A model generated the notes under the pieces. The model was not told the DNA's origin. It made no database searches and saw only the letters and a program-made list of their open reading frames with translations. The position numbers were made by a program, and so were the translations under genes. Below, piece after piece: positions 49,478 to 59,987 of a DNA stretch of 64,000 bases (its first letter is position 1; each line of letters starts with the position of its first letter). Source of the stretch: an uncultured candidatus Porisulfidus sp. (GTDB taxonomy: Bacteria > Pseudomonadota > Gammaproteobacteria > Poriferisulfidales > Poriferisulfidaceae); NCBI GenBank assembly GCA_965199755.1, contig CBDASZ010000001.1:352001-416000 (forward strand). The letters are read 5' to 3'.

Positions 49478-50854
49478 TCAGTTCAGAAACCGGTTGATCC
49501 ACTCGACATCTTCGGTGCCGAGCTGACCGGAGGCGTGGCGCAGGTGCAGCGTGTCCATCAGATAGTCGTATCGAGCCTGCAGCAGGTCGCGTTCGGCGGC
49601 ATACAGGCGACTGGCGGCGTCCACCACATCCACCGTATCGCGGGTGCCGGCATCCAGTCCGGCCTGATTGGCCTGCAGGTTGGTTTGCGCCGAGTCCCAG
49701 GCCCGTTCAAACGCGCGAATGCGCGCCACACCCAGCGTCACGCTGCGGTAGGCGGTACGCGCCAGTTGCTCCGTCTCGCGCCGTGAGTTCAGCAGTTCGG
49801 CGGCGGCCGCTTCGCGATCAAACGCCGCCTGTTCGGTGCGATAGTAGGTCTCACCGCCGCGAAACAAAGGCACTTCCAGACGCAATTCAATTTGTTCGGA
49901 GTTGAGGCGGCTCCCGCGCCCGTTGGAGACCAGACCACCGGTGTCTTTAGTGTCAGTCCAGTTGGCGTCCAGTTTCAGGCTTGGCCAATGCTTGGAGCGT
50001 TCGTAATCCACCGAATGCTCCGCCATTTCAAATTCGCGGCGATGAATCAGATGCTCCAGATTGTGTTCCAGCGCCGTAGTCGCCCACTGATCAATGTCGG
50101 CGGGCTCCGGCAGCACCGGACTCAGATCCTCTGACAACGCGGCTAGCAGACGGTGCGGGTGTCCGGTGATGACGGCGAGGGCGGCCAGACGATCTTCCCG
50201 CAGATTGTCCGCTTCGATTTCCCGCGCCACCGCCAGATCGTAGGAGGCTTGCGTTTGCTTGACTTCGACAATGTCGGCCAGACCCACCTCAAAGCGTACT
50301 TCAGCCTGTTTCAGTTGCAATGCAATGGCGGCCTTTTCCTGCGCGGAAGAGCGCTTCAGATCCTGCGCTGCCAGAATGTCGAAATATGCCTGCGCCAGAC
50401 GAATGATCAGACGCTGGCGAACTGCTTCGCGCTGCGCCAGCGCACGCGCTTCGTTGGTACCGGCGCTTTCCAGTGCGACCCACAACTCATGTAGGTAGAG
50501 GTTCTGGGAGATTTTGAGCAGATTCACCTTGCTGGTGTAGCGATCCTGATTCTGCAGCCGGACCAGATTGGATTCGCCGAACAGATGCTGCCGCGTCTCG
50601 GCCAGGTTGTATTCATAGGTGATGCTTGGCATCAGGTCAGCGCGGGTGATGCCGGTTCTCATGCGGGCACTTTGATAGCGGGCTTCCGCGGCCTGCAGGT
50701 CGGGATTGTTTTTGTGCGCAAGCAGATAGACGTGCAGCAGATCCTCGTGCTTCTGCGCCGCCCCTCGCTCTGGCATGGACGGAGCGTCCGCAAGCAGTGG
50801 GACGCTGCAGGCGGCGAGGCCAAGAAAAACAACAAGACGCGGGATTGGGGGCAT
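49478..50854 (-). CDS. tolC: TolC-family outer membrane channel
   Basis: Signal peptide, NNPDL, AQAYF, RFEVGL, VPLFRGG, AGTR..VDV, ARYDY. Confidence 0.9.
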   Translation of the reverse strand: MPPIPRLVVFLGLAACSVPLLADAPSMPERGAAQKHEDLLHVYLLAHKNNPDLQAAEARYQSARMRTGITRADLMPSITYEYNLAETRQHLFGESNLVRLQNQDRYTSKVNLLKISQNLYLHELWVALESAGTNEARALAQREAVRQRLIIRLAQAYFDILAAQDLKRSSAQEKAAIALQLKQAEVRFEVGLADIVEVKQTQASYDLAVAREIEADNLREDRLAALAVITGHPHRLLAALSEDLSPVLPEPADIDQWATTALEHNLEHLIHRREFEMAEHSVDYERSKHWPSLKLDANWTDTKDTGGLVSNGRGSRLNSEQIELRLEVPLFRGGETYYRTEQAAFDREAAAAELLNSRRETEQLARTAYRSVTLGVARIRAFERAWDSAQTNLQANQAGLDAGTRDTVDVVDAASRLYAAERDLLQARYDYLMDTLHLRHASGQLGTEDVEWINRFLN

Positions 50855-50973
50855 GGTTTGCGGGTGGTGATGCGTGCCTTTCAGGTACGATTCCCCGAAA
50901 ATGGTGATAACATTATTTTATGCCTTTGGGAATGTGACAAAATTCAATTCAGATGCGCAGTCTCTGATCCCGC

Positions 50974-51996
50974 ATGAAAGTCTATTTCGAGAAACTGGAT
51001 GAGCACCTGGAAGGGGCGCTGGCCCCCATCTATGTGGTGAGCGGAGACGAGCCGATCCAGATCCGTGATGCGTGCAAGAAAATTCGCCAGCGCGCCATGC
51101 GAGAAGGCTTTGATCGCCGCGAACTCCGGGTTCTGGAGCGCGGCTTTGACTGGGATGCTTTATTGACCTTGTGCGGGCCGTCGCTGTTTGGAGAACAGCC
51201 CATGTTGGACTTGCGTCTGCTGAGCGGCAAACTCGACGCCCCCGCCAAAACGCAGTTGAAGGAGTGGTGCGCGATGCCCCCGTCGGGCAGCCTGCTAGTG
51301 CTGCAGATGCCGCGTCTTGACAATCGTGCGCTAAATGAGGCTTGGGCCAGCGCGGTGGACAAGGTGGGCGTGATCGTGCGCATCATGCCGCTGGATGAAC
51401 GCGACACGCGGCGCTGGCTGAGCCGCATATTGAGTGATCGGCAATTGCAGTTGGGTGAGGCGGAACTGGCGTATTTTCTGGAGCATGTGGAGGGCAATCT
51501 TCTGGCAGCCGAGCAGGAAGCGGACAAGTTGCACATTCTGGCCGGCCCCGGTGTCGTGCCGATGGCGCGCCTGGAGGAATTACTGGGTCGGGATGCGCGC
51601 TATGCTGGCTCCGACTTGGCTTTGGCCATGTTGCAGGGACGCACGCGGCGCATTGTGGAGGTGGCGCGCAACCTGCGCGATGAAGGCGTCGAGCCAATGG
51701 CTGTGCATGGGATGTTGTTGCGCGAGTTGCGCCAGTTGCTGAATCTGAAACGTGAGCCGAAAGCGGTGGAGCGGGTGTTTCCGTTTTCCCGCCGGGATGT
51801 ATTGCGCCGGGTTATGGAGAGCCATAGCGAATCCCAGTTGCGTAATGTTCTGTATCGGTTTGTGCGCATGGAACGGATCTTGAAAGGTAACAGTTGGGAG
51901 GTGCCCTGGGAGGCATTGCAGAATGCCTGTCTGGCGTTTTCCGGCAAGGATCGCCTGACTCCCAAAGGAGGTTTTGCGCTGCGCGCACCGCGTTAG
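50974..51996 (+). CDS. holA: DNA polymerase III delta subunit
   Basis: YVVSGDEP, SLF, EGNLLAAEQE. Confidence 0.92.
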   Translation: MKVYFEKLDEHLEGALAPIYVVSGDEPIQIRDACKKIRQRAMREGFDRRELRVLERGFDWDALLTLCGPSLFGEQPMLDLRLLSGKLDAPAKTQLKEWCAMPPSGSLLVLQMPRLDNRALNEAWASAVDKVGVIVRIMPLDERDTRRWLSRILSDRQLQLGEAELAYFLEHVEGNLLAAEQEADKLHILAGPGVVPMARLEELLGRDARYAGSDLALAMLQGRTRRIVEVARNLRDEGVEPMAVHGMLLRELRQLLNLKREPKAVERVFPFSRRDVLRRVMESHSESQLRNVLYRFVRMERILKGNSWEVPWEALQNACLAFSGKDRLTPKGGFALRAPR

Positions 51997-52096
51997 GCAT
52001 AGGGCGGAGAAAGTATAATTTGTGCTGAATCCCCTCGCACACGGGGATCTTCCTGAAGTGCACGCACTTTGAGGGATCACCGCAGGTCGCACAGTT

Positions 52097-53359
52097 ATGA
52101 ATACGGAATCTCTGGACAGCCGGATGGAATCGCTTGCGCGCGATGCGCGCGCGGCATCTCGGCAGTTGGCCGCGTCGGATGCGGCCGCACGCAACCGGGT
52201 TTTGACCGGCGCGGCGGCGTTGCTGCGCGAACGCGCCGCGGGGGTGCTTGAGGCCAATGCCGAAGATGTGACTGAAGCGAGGCAAAGCCGCAATGATGCC
52301 TTCGTGGACCGTCTGGCGCTGAATGAGGCGCGTGTCGAAGCGCTAGCGGTGGAACTTGAACATATTGCGGTGCTGCCGGATCTGCTGGGACAGGTGAGTG
52401 ACATGCACACCCGGCCCAACGGTCTGAAAATTGGCCGCATGCGTGTCCCGATCGGCGTGATCGCGATGATTTATGAAGCGCGCCCCGGAGTGACCATCGA
52501 GGCTGGAGGCTTGTGCATGAAATCCGGCAATGCCGTGATCTTGCGCGGCGGCTCCGAGTCGGTGCGCTCCAACACAGTGCTGCTGTCCTGTCTGCAGGAT
52601 GCGCTGGCACAGGCCGGTCTGCCAACCACGGGCGCGCAGTTGATACCGGTGGTGGATCGCGAGGCCATCGACGCGTTGCTGAAAATGGATCGCTGGATTG
52701 ATCTGATCATTCCGCGCGGCGGCACCGAGTTGATCGAACGGGTGCGCGCACACACGCATATTCCGATCCTGAAGCATCTGCACGGCGTCTGCCACGTCTA
52801 CATTGATGATGCCGCGGACACCGAGCAGGCCATCAATATTGCGGTCAACGCCAAGACGCAGCGCTACGGTGTCTGCAATGCCATGGAGACGCTGCTGGTT
52901 GCGCGCTCGCGCGCCGAGGAATTACTGCCGCAACTCGGTGCCATTTATGCCGAGCATCAGGTGGAATTGCGCGGCTGCCCGGAGACCTGCCGGATTCTGC
53001 CGCAGGCACGCGCCGCGGCTGAGGAGGACTGGATGGAAGAGTATCTCTCACCGGTGTTGGCGGTGCGCGTGGTGGCGGATCTGGACGAGGCGCTTGATCA
53101 TGTGGCGCATTACGGTTCGCAGCATACCGACACCATCGTCACACAAAATGAGGTGGCGGCGCAGCGCTTTGTGCGCGAGGTGGATTCCAGTTCGGTGATG
53201 GTCAATGCCTCAACCCGCTTCGCGGACGGTTTTGAATATGGTCTCGGCTCGGAAATTGGTATCAGCACCGACAAGTTGCACGCCCGCGGCCCGGTCGGTT
53301 TGGAAGGCCTCACCAGTCAGAAATTCGTGGTCTATGGCGACGGTCAAGTCCGCACCTGA
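52097..53359 (+). CDS. proA: gamma-glutamyl phosphate reductase
   Basis: IYEARP, KSGNAVILRGG, CNAMETLLV, NASTRFADG, HARGPVGL. Confidence 0.97.
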   Translation: MNTESLDSRMESLARDARAASRQLAASDAAARNRVLTGAAALLRERAAGVLEANAEDVTEARQSRNDAFVDRLALNEARVEALAVELEHIAVLPDLLGQVSDMHTRPNGLKIGRMRVPIGVIAMIYEARPGVTIEAGGLCMKSGNAVILRGGSESVRSNTVLLSCLQDALAQAGLPTTGAQLIPVVDREAIDALLKMDRWIDLIIPRGGTELIERVRAHTHIPILKHLHGVCHVYIDDAADTEQAINIAVNAKTQRYGVCNAMETLLVARSRAEELLPQLGAIYAEHQVELRGCPETCRILPQARAAAEEDWMEEYLSPVLAVRVVADLDEALDHVAHYGSQHTDTIVTQNEVAAQRFVREVDSSSVMVNASTRFADGFEYGLGSEIGISTDKLHARGPVGLEGLTSQKFVVYGDGQVRT

Positions 53360-53391
53360 ATGCTTATAATGCCGGCGCACCGGAGCGCGCC

Positions 53392-54490
53392 ATGCTGGAA
53401 GACATTTCCCTCCCTGAACAATTGCAGGATCTGAGTCGTCGTCTTGAGGCGCTCAGGGGGTATCTTTGACTGCGAGAGCAAGCGCGAGCGCTTGAGCGAC
53501 ATCCGCCAACAATTGGAACAGCCGGATGCGTGGCAGGACCCGCAGCGTGCGCGCGAACTCAATCAGGAGCGAGCCCAACTGGAGTCTGTGGTGCTAACCT
53601 TGGACGAACTCGGCGTGTCGTTGCAAGACGCTGGCGAATTACTGGAGCTGGCGCTTGAGGAAGACGATCAGGCGATCACTGATGAATTGGCGCGGGAGCT
53701 GCACGACTATGCCCGACAGGTCTCCACGCTTGAGTTTCGGCGCATGTTTTCAGGACGCTTCGATGCCGGCGATGCGTTTTTGGACATTCAGGCCGGTTCC
53801 GGCGGCACTGAGGCGCAGGACTGGGCCGAGATGCTGTTGCGCATGTATTTACGCTGGGGCGAGAAGCGCGGCTACAAGACTGAGTTGATGGCGGCCTCCG
53901 CCGGTGAAGTGGCCGGCATCAAAAGCGCCACGATTCGTTATTCCGGTGACTATTGCTACGGCTGGCTGCGCACCGAGACCGGAGTGCATCGGCTGGTGCG
54001 CAAGTCCCCCTTCGATTCCGGCAATCGCCGGCACACGTCGTTCGCCTCGGTGGTGGTGTCACCGGCGGTCACCGATGAGATTGAGATCGAGATCGATCCT
54101 TCCGAAGTTCGGGTGGATGTCTATCGCGCCTCAGGAGCCGGTGGGCAGCATGTAAACAAGACCGAATCGGCGGTGCGCCTGACGCATTTGCCAAGCGGAG
54201 TGGTCACGCAGTGTCAGAACAGCCGCTCGCAGCACAAGAACAAGGAGATGGCCATGCGCCAGTTGCGTGCCAAGTTGTACCAACTGGAAGAGCAGAAGCG
54301 CCGGGAGGAAGAGCAGCGCGCGGCCGGCGAGAAGGCCGACATCGGCTGGGGCAGTCAGATTCGTTCGTATGTGCTTGACCAGTCCCGCATCAAGGATCTG
54401 CGCACCCGCGTTGAAGTCAATGCGCCGCAGGCGGTGCTGGACGGGGACCTGGATGCGTTTTTGGAAGCCAGCCTGAAGGAAGGGCTGTAG
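53392..54490 (+). CDS. prfB: peptide chain release factor 2 (programmed +1 frameshift)
   Basis: ATG 53392 runs to AGGGGG-TAT-CTT-TGA-C (53455-53470). SPF and GGQ motifs follow in the +1 frame. Confidence 0.97.
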
Positions 54491-54492
54491 CG

Positions 54493-55992
54493 ATGGCGGC
54501 AAAGAGTGGCGAAGAGCGCCTGCTGGCGCAGCGCGAGGCCAAACTGCAGGAGTTGCGTGATTCGGGCTGGGCCTACCCGAATGACTTTCGCCCCAGCGAT
54601 ACCGCAGCGGCCTTGCAGGGTCTGTACGCCGAGTTCTCGGCGGAAGAATTGAAGGAGGCTGACGTGGCTGTGGCTCTGGGCGGCCGCATGATGAGCAGGC
54701 GGGTGATGGGCAAGACCACCTTCGCGCACTTGCAAGATGGCAGCGGCCAGATTCAATTGATGCTCAGTCGGGAGCGGCTCGGCGATAAGGCGTACACCGC
54801 GTTCAAGAGTTACGACATTGGTGACATTCTGGCGGTTCGCGGCACCTTGGTGAAGACCCGGACCGGTGAGTTGTCGGTCGCGGCGGAAGAACTGCGCGTC
54901 CTCAGCAAGTCACTGCGTCCGCTGCCGGAGAAGTTCCATGGCCTGACCGACATTGAGCAACGCTATCGACAGCGCCACCTGGACCTGATCATGAATGAGA
55001 CCGCGCGCGAGATGTTTCTGCGACGCGGGCAGTTGCTCAGCGGCATGCGGCGTTATCTGCAGGAAGCGGGGTTTCTGGAAGTGGAGACGCCGATGATGCA
55101 CCCGATCGCCGGCGGCGCGGCGGCGCGTCCGTTCGTCACGCATCACAATGTGCTGCATCAGGATCTGTACCTTCGGGTGGCACCGGAGTTGTATCTGAAG
55201 CGTCTGGTGGTGGGTGGCTTTGACCGGGTGTTCGAGATCAATCGCAGTTTCCGCAACGAGGGGGTATCCTCCCGCCACAACCCGGAATTTACCATGCTGG
55301 AGTTGTATCAGGCATATGCCGGCTATGAGGATCTGATGAATCTGACGGAGGATCTGATGCGGCAACTGGCGCAAGAGATCACGGGGGAGAGCGTCACCAC
55401 CTATCAGGGCGATGACTATGATCTGAGCCAGCCGTTTACGCGCATGACCATGTCCGAGGCGGTTCTGGCGCAGCACTCCGGGTTGCAAGAAGACGATCTC
55501 GCCAATCGCGAATTGTTGGCGGGCCTGTGTCGGGATTGCGGTGTGGAGGTCGAGTCAAGTCGCGGTGTGGGAGGGCTGATTTTTGATCTGTTCGAGGCCT
55601 CGGTGGAGGAGACGCTCAAGCAGCCTACATTTGTCACGCAGTATCCTCTGGAAGTCTCACCGCTGGCGCGGCGCTGTGACGACAACCCGGAGTTCGTCGA
55701 CCGCTTTGAGCTGTTTGTGGCCGGGCGGGAGTTGGCGAACGGCTTCTCGGAGTTAAATGACCCGCAAGATCAGGCGGAGCGCTTCCGCGCCCAGGCCGCC
55801 AAGCGCGATGCTGGCGACCCGGAGGCGATGCACTATGACGCCGACTACATTCAGGCACTGGAATACGGGATGCCGCCTACTGCCGGCATTGGCATCGGCA
55901 TTGATCGGTTGGTGATGTTCTTCTGTAATGCCGCGTCGATACGCGACGTGTTGCTGTTTCCGCACATGCGCCCGAAATCAGACGCGGCCTAA
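54493..55992 (+). CDS. lysS: lysine--tRNA ligase (class II)
   Basis: [29 protein letters not shown]. Confidence 0.98.
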   Translation: MAAKSGEERLLAQREAKLQELRDSGWAYPNDFRPSDTAAALQGLYAEFSAEELKEADVAVALGGRMMSRRVMGKTTFAHLQDGSGQIQLMLSRERLGDKAYTAFKSYDIGDILAVRGTLVKTRTGELSVAAEELRVLSKSLRPLPEKFHGLTDIEQRYRQRHLDLIMNETAREMFLRRGQLLSGMRRYLQEAGFLEVETPMMHPIAGGAAARPFVTHHNVLHQDLYLRVAPELYLKRLVVGGFDRVFEINRSFRNEGVSSRHNPEFTMLELYQAYAGYEDLMNLTEDLMRQLAQEITGESVTTYQGDDYDLSQPFTRMTMSEAVLAQHSGLQEDDLANRELLAGLCRDCGVEVESSRGVGGLIFDLFEASVEETLKQPTFVTQYPLEVSPLARRCDDNPEFVDRFELFVAGRELANGFSELNDPQDQAERFRAQAAKRDAGDPEAMHYDADYIQALEYGMPPTAGIGIGIDRLVMFFCNAASIRDVLLFPHMRPKSDAA

Positions 55993-56144
55993 ACTATTTC
56001 CAAAAATCCAATCAAGGCCAGACCGGCCGCGACCGCGCTCAGGATATAGAGCAAAATGGCAATCTGCCGGGCGTGGTGGAACAGGATATAGCCGCCGATC
56101 AGAAACAGGATCGACGCATACAGGATCAGCATGAGGCGGGACAT
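55989..56144 (-). CDS. 51-aa two-TM membrane protein
   Basis: [51 protein letters not shown] read directly. GAGGA RBS in the end of ygfZ. Confidence 0.6.
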   Translation of the reverse strand: MSRLMLILYASILFLIGGYILFHHARQIAILLYILSAVAAGLALIGFLEIV

Positions 56145-56150
56145 AAGACG

Positions 56151-57143
56151 TTATTCCTCTGTCGGTTCGATTAGTGCGTACGGTAGGGGAAGCGGCGTGA
56201 GCGCGGTACCGTCCGCACTATGCGCGTGCAGTTCGCGCTCGGCATCGGCGATGCGCAGGCAGGCGAGGGCCTGACTGCCTCCATTGGTGTCGGACCAGGT
56301 CGAGACGATGTGCCCGCAAGGGCGCGAGTCACCGGCCGGCCAGACTTCCGCTCCAGCTTCCAGATCCGCCGCGTCGCTGCTGAAGCGATAGACGCGATGC
56401 TTGATGCGCCCTCGGTAGTGCATGCGGGCGACCACTTCCTGTCCGGGATAGCAGCCTTTGGAGAAGCTGATGGCGTCAAGCAGGTCCAGGTTGATGTGTT
56501 GTGGCACGAACTGCTCGCAACTCGCGCCGCGCAAAAACGAAAGCCCGTCTTCAATGTCCCATCGCTGCCAGTTCAACTCGGTGTCGCGCGGCACGAAGTT
56601 GGGGTCTTTTGCGGGCGGACAGAGCTTGGAATGGATCAGGTCCCGTTGCGACGGGTCGATGAGGTGTATCGGGACCGGGTTGGCTTTGGTGTTTTGCAAG
56701 GTGACCCAGCGCTGCTGGGTTCCCGGCCACCGCAGTATCGTGCATTCCAGCGCGCGTATCAAAGGCAGAGGCTGTTCGTACTGAATGCTGCTCAGCAGGG
56801 GGGGCTCTCCGTATTGCCCGAAAAACACCCAGTCATTCGTGACATCCTGCACCTCCACGTCGGCCTGCAAGCGAAACATTAAAAGGCGTTTGGTGACGCG
56901 CTCACACACTTCCGTCGGCAACAGCATCCGGTAGTGGTCAGCGGTTTCCCGCCAGATCAGAAAGCAGGCGATGGTCTGGCCCTTCGGCAAGCAATACGCC
57001 GAGAACTGCGCCTGATCGTCCGGCAAAGACTCCAGATCGTTGGTGAATTGCCCGTGCAGAAACGTACCGGCGTCCGCGCCTTGGATCTCAAGCAGATTCC
57101 AGCCACACAGACGCAACAGGACGGGATCGGAATAGGCTGGCAT
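56151..57143 (-). CDS. ygfZ: folate-binding protein YgfZ
   Basis: FLHGQFTND, SFSKGCYPGQEVVAR. Confidence 0.93.
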   Translation of the reverse strand: MPAYSDPVLLRLCGWNLLEIQGADAGTFLHGQFTNDLESLPDDQAQFSAYCLPKGQTIACFLIWRETADHYRMLLPTEVCERVTKRLLMFRLQADVEVQDVTNDWVFFGQYGEPPLLSSIQYEQPLPLIRALECTILRWPGTQQRWVTLQNTKANPVPIHLIDPSQRDLIHSKLCPPAKDPNFVPRDTELNWQRWDIEDGLSFLRGASCEQFVPQHINLDLLDAISFSKGCYPGQEVVARMHYRGRIKHRVYRFSSDAADLEAGAEVWPAGDSRPCGHIVSTWSDTNGGSQALACLRIADAERELHAHSADGTALTPLPLPYALIEPTEE

Positions 57144-57245
57144 AATGCGCTTGAGAGTAAGCGGATTTCGTCATTGTACCCGCGCCTGAATGGGGGTGGC
57201 GAATGACGCGCCCAAAATTACCGAACACCACCATAGAAAACACCG

Positions 57246-57524
57246 ATGAGCGAAGACAAGACTTCTGAGGCGTCCGTACAGGACGCGCCTTCTTTTGAGC
57301 AATCCTTGAGCGAATTGGAAGAACTGGTGACTCGTCTTGAATGTGGCGAGGTGTCGCTGGAGGAGTCCTTGCGCGATTTCGAGCGCGGCACCGAACTGGC
57401 GTGCGCTTTGCGTGAACGTCTGGACGCTGCGCAGCAGCGGGTTGAGAAGGTGATGCAAAAAGAGGGCGGAAAGATCCAGACGCAGCCGGTCGATCTGGAT
57501 GACGAAGATGACGTGACCATCTAG
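57246..57524 (+). CDS. xseB: exodeoxyribonuclease VII small subunit
   Basis: FEQSLSELE..LE.G..SLEESL..FERG. Confidence 0.93.
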   Translation: MSEDKTSEASVQDAPSFEQSLSELEELVTRLECGEVSLEESLRDFERGTELACALRERLDAAQQRVEKVMQKEGGKIQTQPVDLDDEDDVTI

Positions 57525-57532
57525 GGGTCGCG

Positions 57533-58306
57533 CTAGCGCCCCAGAATCACCTCCAGCACTAGTTTGGTGCCGAGAAAGCCCAGAATCAGCAGTACCATCG
57601 CTGTCAGCGTCATGCCGGCGGCCAGTTTGCCACGCCAGCCGAGACGCCACCGCCCCCACAGCAACGCGACCAGAGTCAGCCACGCCAGCGATGAGAACAC
57701 AGTCTTGTGCAACAGGCCGGGCGCGAACAAGTCGGTGAGTGCGGCACCGCCGATGGCGAGGCCGACCGACAGCAGGATCAAGCCGATGGCGATCAATTCC
57801 ATGAGCATGGAATCCATGCGATTTAGAGCCGGCAGTACGGCGCTGGCGCTGGGGTTGAGGTGGCGGGGCCCTAGATAGTGTTCCTTAAGCAGCAGCATCA
57901 GCGCCTGAGCGCCGGCCAGCATCAGCGCGCCGTAGGCGAGCAGTGAGATCAGAATGTGCGCCAGAAGATCCCAGGAAGCGGAGATCGGACGGCTGGCGGC
58001 GGCCGGCTCAATCCAGATCGCGGCCAGTGCGCAGGGCAGTGTGACCAGCCCCAGGTGCATGGAGGGCCGCACCGTGGCCCACAGCAGCACCAGCGTGTTG
58101 ATGAGCCACGCTGTCAATGTCATCGCATTGAAGAAACTGAACGCGAAGGTCCCTTCCATCCACGCCGGCGCGAACAGGGTCCAGGCATGCACCGCGCAGC
58201 CAAGCAGCCAGATCGCCGTGGTGATGCGGCGATAGGCCAGGCCGGCCAGAATGCCGACAAATGCGCCGAGGTACAGCGCAAACGCGGCGAGATGCAGAAA
58301 AGACAC
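57533..58306 (-). CDS. YpjD/CcsA-family inner membrane protein
   Basis: Multi-TM, AHILISLLAY, HKTVFS, GWRG, GTKLVLE. Confidence 0.85.
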   Translation of the reverse strand: MSFLHLAAFALYLGAFVGILAGLAYRRITTAIWLLGCAVHAWTLFAPAWMEGTFAFSFFNAMTLTAWLINTLVLLWATVRPSMHLGLVTLPCALAAIWIEPAAASRPISASWDLLAHILISLLAYGALMLAGAQALMLLLKEHYLGPRHLNPSASAVLPALNRMDSMLMELIAIGLILLSVGLAIGGAALTDLFAPGLLHKTVFSSLAWLTLVALLWGRWRLGWRGKLAAGMTLTAMVLLILGFLGTKLVLEVILGR

Positions 58307-58380
58307 GAATCACTTGATTGGGTGAGTGCCTATATTCTATATACTTACACTTCACCCAAGACTTTGTCCCAGGAACGTTG

Positions 58381-58704
58381 ATGATTCGCGCGAGAAATAT
58401 GCAGGAATACCGCGAGATGGTACGTCAGGCCTTGCAGGAAGTGCAGGAATTGGAGCAAACCGCGGAGTTCGATGGCCTGATTGAGGTGGCGGAGTGGGCT
58501 GTGCCCCTGCGCGCCAGTCTGGAGGCTCTGGCCGCGTCTATGGACGCCGGTGAGTACGCATTCGACGCGAGTCCGCTGGATTTTATGCCGCTGGTGGAAG
58601 CGCATGACATGGACGTGCTGCCGTTTCGGCATTTGCTGCAATGTCTGAACTGGACGCATACAGAAGGTCTGGATGAGACCGAGCTCAAGGAGGCTCACGC
58701 ATGA
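58381..58704 (+). CDS. conserved hypothetical protein
   Basis: Coding-like acidic ORF (LPF..LL..N.TH..GL), ATGA overlap with metY copy 2. Confidence 0.7.
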   Translation: MIRARNMQEYREMVRQALQEVQELEQTAEFDGLIEVAEWAVPLRASLEALAASMDAGEYAFDASPLDFMPLVEAHDMDVLPFRHLLQCLNWTHTEGLDETELKEAHA

Positions 58705-59975
58705 AACTGGAAACTCTGGCGGTACACGGCGGCTACAGCCCGGAGCCGACCACGCACGCGGTCGCGGTGCCGATCTATCAGACCACGTCCTATGCGTTTG
58801 ATGACACCCAGCACGGCGCGGATCTGTTTGACCTCAAGGTCGAGGGCAACATCTACACGCGCATCATGAATCCCACCACAGCGGTGCTGGAGGGACGGGT
58901 GACGGCGATGGAAGGCGGCGTCGGCGCGCTCGGTCTGTCGTCCGGCATGGCGGCGATCACCAGCGCCATTTTCACCATCGCCGGCAGTGGCGACAACATT
59001 GTGTCGACGCATACGCTGTACGGTGGCACCTACAATCTGTTCGCGCACGCCCTGCCGCACCTGGGCATTGACGTGCGTTTCGTGGACGCGGATGACGCGG
59101 ACGAGATCGCGGCAAACATTGATGCGCGCACCCGCGCGGTGTTTTGTGAGACGATCGGCAATCCCAAGGGCAATATCGCCGACTTGTCGATGTTGTCAGA
59201 TTTGGCGCACGCGCATGGGGTGCCGCTGATCGTGGATAACACGGTTCCGTCGCCGGCACTGTGTCGCCCGATTGAATACGGGGCCGATGTGGTGATTCAT
59301 TCGTTGACCAAGTACATGGGCGGTCATGGCACTTCGGTGGGCGGCATCGTCGTGGACTCCGGCAAGTTTCCCTGGAAGGAGCACGCGGATCGTTTCGCGG
59401 TGCTGTGCGAGCCGGACCCGTCATATCATGGCATCTCCTACACTGATCTGGGAGAGGCGGCGTACATCACACGGGTGCGGATCATTCCCCTGCGCAACAT
59501 GGGTTCGGCACTGTCGCCGTTCAATAGTTTTCTGATCCTGCAGGGTTTGGAGACGCTGCCGCTGCGCATGCGTCGCCATTGCGACAACGCCATGGCGGTC
59601 GCGCAGTTTTTGCAAGAACACGAGCAGGTTGACTGGGTGACCTACGCGGGTCTGCCCGACCACCCCCACCACGATCGGGTCAAGCATTATCTGGGAGGAG
59701 ATGCGTCGTCGGTGCTTAGTTTCGGCATCAAAGGCGGCGCGGATACCGGCGCCCGATTTATCGATGCGCTGAACTTAATCGTCAGACTGGTGAACATCGG
59801 TGACGCCAAGTCTCTGGCATGCCACCCGGCATCGACCACGCACCGTCAGCTAAGCCCGGAAGATCTGGAGAAAGCGGGCGTGTCCCAGGACATGGTGCGC
59901 CTGTCGATCGGCATCGAGCATATTGACGACATTTGTGAGGATGTTGCGCAGGCGTTGCACGCCGCGCGCGGGTGA
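58701..59975 (+). CDS. metY: O-acetylhomoserine sulfhydrylase (MetY family), copy 2
   Basis: PIYQTTSY, YTRIMNPT, HSLTKY (PLP Lys), LVNIGDAKS, HPASTTHRQL. Confidence 0.92.
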   Translation: MKLETLAVHGGYSPEPTTHAVAVPIYQTTSYAFDDTQHGADLFDLKVEGNIYTRIMNPTTAVLEGRVTAMEGGVGALGLSSGMAAITSAIFTIAGSGDNIVSTHTLYGGTYNLFAHALPHLGIDVRFVDADDADEIAANIDARTRAVFCETIGNPKGNIADLSMLSDLAHAHGVPLIVDNTVPSPALCRPIEYGADVVIHSLTKYMGGHGTSVGGIVVDSGKFPWKEHADRFAVLCEPDPSYHGISYTDLGEAAYITRVRIIPLRNMGSALSPFNSFLILQGLETLPLRMRRHCDNAMAVAQFLQEHEQVDWVTYAGLPDHPHHDRVKHYLGGDASSVLSFGIKGGADTGARFIDALNLIVRLVNIGDAKSLACHPASTTHRQLSPEDLEKAGVSQDMVRLSIGIEHIDDICEDVAQALHAARG

Positions 59976-59987
59976 CGCAAGCGTATT

